A stretch of DNA of 64,000 bases from assembly GCA_030704615.1 (NCBI GenBank), contig CM060733.1, positions 22,692,001 through 22,756,000 of the forward strand, written 5' to 3'. Below the pieces are notes generated by a model, which was given only the letters and a program-made list of their open reading frames with translations, searched no databases and was not told where the DNA came from. Below, piece by piece: positions 58,501 to 64,000 of this stretch. The position numbers were made by a program, and so were the translations under genes. The stretch is from Takakia lepidozioides (taxonomy: Eukaryota; Plantae; Bryophyta). Position 1 is the stretch's first letter. Every line of letters begins with the position of its first letter.

Positions 58501-59976
58501 GGAGCATCACGTAGCGGAAGCCGCTTCATGTTCATAAGTAGCTGTTGCCTGGAGTAGTCAAACGACGGCCGCTAATTTTTTTTTTAAAAAAAACGCTGCA
58601 TTTGTTCTCCATGCCACAAATGGATCTCCAATTGGCGAAACAATATCGTCTGATATTGTTGACAATGTAGAAATGATCAGGCCAGAAGCTTTCCAAGGAC
58701 CTGACAACTTGTTGTCTACTCAGGCATCCATTGCTGTTATGGATAGTGATCCCATCAGTGTTTCGGATGTTGTTTCGAGGCTCAAAATGTCAAAAGGTGA
58801 ATCCAACGTTGGCAGGGTCGATGATTTAACTGGGGTTGGCTGCATAGTGGAAAACGACTCTCAATATCTTGGGGAATCCTCTTTGGAGCCGTCCTTCTCC
58901 CAACACTTTCCACTAGACGCCGTCACGGGGCATCTACATGAGTCTACCCGAACAATTGGTTGCAACTATCGCTCAACTGCCTCCTCATCATGTCGTAATT
59001 CCAAGCGGGTCATCGGATCACGAGGGCTGGACACCTCAGCTGCTGAGAAGTCAGGTGATTTACTTCTATTTCATCCACGCGTTTTATTGTTACTGTGTTT
59101 CTGTTCATCCTCTGATTTTCTCTCTTTACTCCAGGCCAGAAAAGCTGCAACGTATGATCTTCCTGTGAAGCGACAACTTCTGTGGGGTTGTATTCCAAGG
59201 TAATCATTTTTTATCCGTTTGAATTCGGTTCAGGATGTGCAGAAAGAAAGAAACCGAATTCCATTGCCAACCGTCAGCGAGAAGATTATTGAACTCACTC
59301 ATTCGCCGACTGAGGTCAGCACACCGACAAGACCGGCATATATTTCTGCACATCCCCAACCCCCCAGAATTCCGGATGGTCCTGTGTCAAGGAAACGTCA
59401 CAGATCATAGCAGTCAGCGGCGGTCGTGTGCGACGATGAAAAAACAACATCTGGTGTTCTGTTATCCCTTCAACATTCACCTGCCTCCAGTGGTAACCCG
59501 CCTCAGAATCGAAGGGTAAATCTAGCAAAGGTAATAAGTATCTCCTTCACTTGGTCCTTTGTCTTATTGGTTATGGCTTCCTAGTAATCATTACATATAT
59601 CATTTACATTGTCGACACAACTTTACACAAAGTAACCTCGCGCGATCGCGCCTGGTTGCAGAAAACTCAGAGACTCCCGATTGTGATTTTTTGTCTCAAG
59701 TCTCAATTGGGTGTCGTAATGCTGAAAATATTACCTTCGCAAAATATTCCATTTGAAAATCAGGGTATAGAAACTAGGTAAACCACAAAACGCAAGTATG
59801 TCGTGCCATTTTTTGAGTTGCACAATGTATTGGAAATACCTAATTTTTGGGTCTGATAACAGAAACTAATGGGTTTTTTTGGATGGTTCAGAACGTTGTT
59901 ACTCAATAAATGTGTGGTGTCTGGAAACACAAACGCATATTGCTGGTACTGAGTGTCAATGGATTTCTTTGGTACA

Positions 59977-60637
59977 GGCCACCTCCTACTGGAGAAAGTT
60001 GTTTAAACAGATGTTCCACTTGAGAAAAGTAACAATTCGGGTGCCCACAAGACCATTTGTGGTTCCAAGACCTGGAGTGCTAGAGTTTCTTCGACTTGTA
60101 TTGACTCATTTTCATGTAGTGATTTGGTCTTGCTCTAAGAGAGATATTGTATTCAAGATGTTGGAGTGTTTCGTTCCTCCGGAAATTATGAAACAATTTC
60201 GTTTCATATGGTCTGCCGAGCATTGCACAGATACAGCTGGACATATTAAGCCTGGAACGAAATATCTTATTAAAGATATTAAGAGTATTCTCGTAAAATT
60301 TAGTGGGAATTTTTTTGCTAGGCAGGGGCAAATTCTACTGGCCGACGATGACCCATACAAGGCACTCCGAAACCCAGTGAATACTAGAGTCTTCCCCATC
60401 ACATTCAAGGAATCAAGCAATTTGGAGGATTTGATTGACCTCACCAAAGCTTTGTGGCATTTTCTCTCTGGCTTGATTGGAGCCCAGTCCGTTGTTGATT
60501 ACGTCGGCAAGAACTCCTGCAAATCTTCCGGCCCTCCGAGAAATCGAAATCACGTCTACTGGTCCTGGTTTGGAAGATTTATTGATGCTTCTGTTTGGCA
60601 CCCCCCTAAAAAAGATCCCGATTATCTGGGTACGTAG
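59977..60637 (+). CDS. FCP1/NIF-like HAD phosphatase-domain ORF, 5' end degraded
   Basis: RPGVLEFL..FHVVIWS..FIWSAEHC..KDI..ILLADDDPYKALRNP; no intact DxDxT motif seen upstream. Confidence 0.7.
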
Positions 60638-63210
60638 TTTAACATTGCCTTATTTTGTGTGTAGTCCATCAGCTTTACTTCAACCTCCATTTGTACTTAT
60701 ACGTATGTTGAATTCACATGACTTTTGTGAGATCAATGATATTTCAATGATCTTTGTATTTTCTTTAACAATTCACTTTTGTGCTGCCTCCACACAGTTA
60801 TATTCCAGTGTCAAGTTCAGAATCAATTTCGACAGGGGAAGAAAGAGGAACAAGAGCGTAAGGCTGAGCGGAGGGACCGTGAGGCTTTACGTTTGTCAAG
60901 GTCATCAAGTACAGCTACCAGTGAGGTGTCTGGTCATATCTTACATCAATCTCCCACTGTATCCATCTCCTCGGGTGCACAGAATTCCGCCATCGGTGGT
61001 AACCGACGGCGATCTCGAACATATGCGTTGAGTGTGAGCTGTTTGGGAAACAACTCTGTGTTATTGATGAAATAAACTATGGCTGGCCTGTTCATTACAC
61101 ACATACGTTATTTAACTCTGTCAATGTTATGCCAGATCCTTTCGGCTGTAATGTTAGTCATCAAAGTTTGAGAGAAATCACGCGCGATCGCGCGTGGTTC
61201 TTTCATATATCATCTTGTGGAGCTAGCATGGATCAGCAGTGCCATCAGATGTTATCAAAACAAGTTGACTTCATTGTCAGTTTAAGCAATAACAGATCAG
61301 GCTGGAGGCTGGAGGAGATTGGAAGAGAAGAAATTTTCCGATGTTTTCATATTACGATGGGGAACAAGTGACACGATCATCGTCTATGACTGAATTCGGG
61401 TTCCTATCTCGTAATTCAGGCTCCCACGATGGTCGTCTCATTTGTTCCAAAACGGATTGTGAAGCTCTGTTAAAATCTCTCTTCACATGGATTGAAGTAA
61501 TTTTGGCGGCTTCGAAATTCCTTCCCTGACGAACTGATGGCACCATTGTGGTTGATTGAAATCTGGATGCACTCGGCTATTTGGGGTTCTCAATGGTGGT
61601 AGAGGCAGAGGTCTGTCGCGCGATGACTCGTGGTTCGAAAAGCGGAATTCAGCATCGTCCTGGTTCTCCAGCCAACTGCCAAAGTGTTATATTACCTCAA
61701 CAATGCCACATGTGACTGGTCGGAGTGATGTTTTTTCTATGCTCACGCATTCAACAATGAAAATGCTGTCATTTGAAGATGTAATGATTCTGCAGGCATA
61801 GTGAGTTACTTCAGGTCAGTTACTGTGAGGGAACTCAAGGTATTCGGATAATCCGTCCCGAAATATTTCACACCATCATCATGAAACCATCATGATATTT
61901 CACCACCATCACCATGAAACCATCAGCTAAGAATGAAATCTCCAGCCCATTCAATCACAGCCCGGACAAATATCTCAAGCTGCTGGCCAACTACTTGTGG
62001 GTTGGGGTGTTTATCTGGAGTCGCTTACAATGAATCGAAGATCTACTTCTCAGCTGACATGCAGTTGATGGTTTTATATTGGTCAATGATGGTGGGCCGT
62101 GGCTGCTACGGGAGTCTGAATATGACAGTCTTTGGGGACCTGATACTGTTCGCATGGGACTAGCAAAACGACTACTATACAATTCAGCTACAGGAACAAC
62201 AATAGCATCAAACACCTAGCAGTAAATAGGATTTTTTACATTGCTTGTGACAGCTCCAATCAGTTAGTTGGTGGTTAGTTAGTTGGAGATTATTTAGTTG
62301 GTGATCAGTTTACAAGTGCTTTATAGTAAATCGTCAGAAGTACCACAAGCCGTTACAAATGAACCTCGACTGGTCACCCGACACTATTTCCTTGAAGATT
62401 TCGTAGAAAACGCCATTTTCTCCATCAACGTACTCGCCACCGAGCCACTCTCTAGAAGCATACGACCAGCATACTTACTCCCCAATTGGATACTTTTAGC
62501 ATCTTACTCCAGGGTCAATTACTTGGACATTATGTTTTGAAGAACATACGAGTAATTCATCATCTTCGCGATTCACTGAAAGTCTGCAAGACCACCAATT
62601 CTTCGAGAAGTACAGCTAAACTTCGGTCGCACAAGACATTGTTGGTTGGCGTAATATTGGAGGATATTTTTTGCGAGGTCATCACCATATCAACGATTCT
62701 CGAGACAACATTTCAGGGACTTCTTCCATCTTCTGCTGACGAAAACCTTCGGAACAACGGAAGAATACAGATTTAAAAATGGTCCCTCCAACCTTGTCAA
62801 AATATTGTGATTTTGGGAAATGACTTTCCTCAAAATATTTCCATCATAAGTACGTCGGCTGACATCGTCTTGTGCTAACAGAGTTCAGCCCTTCTTCTAG
62901 AAGTTGATACTCTCATTGACATGGTTTACGTTACTTGTATTGGTCCATGCCGCATGGGGCGAGACTTACTCAAATTGACATGGTTCTGAAATAAAACCTG
63001 GTTGTTTATCATCAATGTCTCACCATTGTCTTTCATTTCATTTCATGGTATTGTGTCATTGTGCCATATTTTGCTCATTTATTTGATTGATTTGTCTTGT
63101 ACGTTACATAGTAACGTCTTTCACAAGCTCAGTCGCGGTTACGCATATGACTGGTGCTCCAATCATCCATCAGGCCGTGGATCATGAAGCGAGTTATCAC
63201 CCGACACACG

Positions 63211-63428
63211 TTTTTTTAATTTATTTTTTAATGTAATGGAAACACCTGGGAGCGACAGCTCACAAATCAGGCCCCCTTAATAGTATAACCTCTTTCATAG
63301 TAACCCCACCATGTGGCGTTGGAATGGGACACCACCCATGAACATACCACACTCATCAGTAGCAAGATTTGACCCCATAATCATCTGGGTGGCACTCAGT
63401 GCACTTCACCAACTGAGCTACTGACTGT
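63211..63428 (-). mobile_element. Putative tRNA-derived SINE
   Basis: Minus strand reads GTAGCTCAGTTGGTG (A box)..GGGGTCAAATC (B-box-like), then a ~130-nt body and an A-rich tail at 63211-63229; no TSD found. Confidence 0.55.
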
Positions 63429-63676
63429 TGGTATCTCATTCAACTCTTACTAAACGTCGAGTGAACAGTGGATTTTGCTTTATGAGCCAAATAGAAACTG
63501 TTTTTTCTCCAGACAAACAATTATTTATATCTTTATATTTATATTTAAAATGATCCATTTAAATGATTTAAAAAATACATATTAAGATATTTCTCCTTAT
63601 TTCTGGACCAAACTTTAGTCCAGATTTACTTAAAATTGTGTTAGAATGGTCTATCTGCTCTGTGTGCAAGTCCTCT

Positions 63677-63678
<2 letters not shown>

Positions 63679-63712
<34 letters not shown>

Positions 63713-63723
63713 CTCTCTCTCTC
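63679..63723. repeat. (AT)n(CT)n compound microsatellite
   Basis: Direct reading. Confidence 0.95.
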
Positions 63724-64000
63724 CAATAGTTTTTACAAACTCACCTCAGACATCCTCCGCCTCATGTCTTCGTGGAGTCAAGAGGGATTGTCAAATTTTG
63801 GAATTGAACCTTGCTATTGTGTCATTGTATTCTGCAGATGTGATTCTCCCTAGACCCATACCTGGTGTTTTTTTTCGATTCAGTTTTAGGGTTGAAGAGA
63901 CAAGAGAACGGGAGATCTCCCGTCATCCTTAGCATTGTCCCCACTTTTAGTTTGTATTTGTATTCGGCATTCTATTTAATCATCCTAGGCCAATCATCAG

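Noticed and set aside
63355-63428. Functional tRNA gene
   Set aside because: Only A/B-box similarity, no convincing cloverleaf, and followed by a body and A-rich tail as in a SINE.

Overview
This is eukaryotic, almost certainly non-seed land-plant DNA, judged from the Lhcb4, BURP and PLS-type PPR remnants and the GT-AG introns. The window is a deeply nested transposon cluster with no clearly intact host gene. Main result: a family of large Mutator-like (MULE) DNA transposons, present in three copies. Copy A (28103-39550) is complete, with a 9-bp TSD AGTGATGAT. Copies B (~46778-52830) and C (8604-~20075) are partial. In copy A a GCM-like/DDE/SWIM transposase is transcribed divergently from a multi-exon cargo gene. 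That gene fuses a ParB/Srx-like domain (VWDGNHR) to a beta-class N4C/N6A DNA-methyltransferase-like domain (DIPDG ... DLxxxTG). Copies A and B each carry their own array of ~22-24-bp palindromes, and B also carries two unknown paralogous genes. Second result: an 8.1-kb non-autonomous LTR element (10834-18973) with apparently identical 2.1-kb repeats encodes a Gag-PPR fusion. Its termini are permuted, as if it had integrated from a 2-LTR circle cut at a 20-bp palindrome. Also present: three copies of a chromodomain Ty3/Gypsy family (one circularly permuted), a PHD-finger Gypsy fragment, a non-autonomous CACTA element with a TCA TSD, a decayed Sola-like/DUF7869 transposon, PPR pseudogenes, a satellite-like repeat, an FCP1-like ORF and a tRNA-derived SINE. 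Domain calls come from motif recognition by eye; no searches were run. The 43-49 kb stretch looks indel-rich and may be poorly polished sequence.
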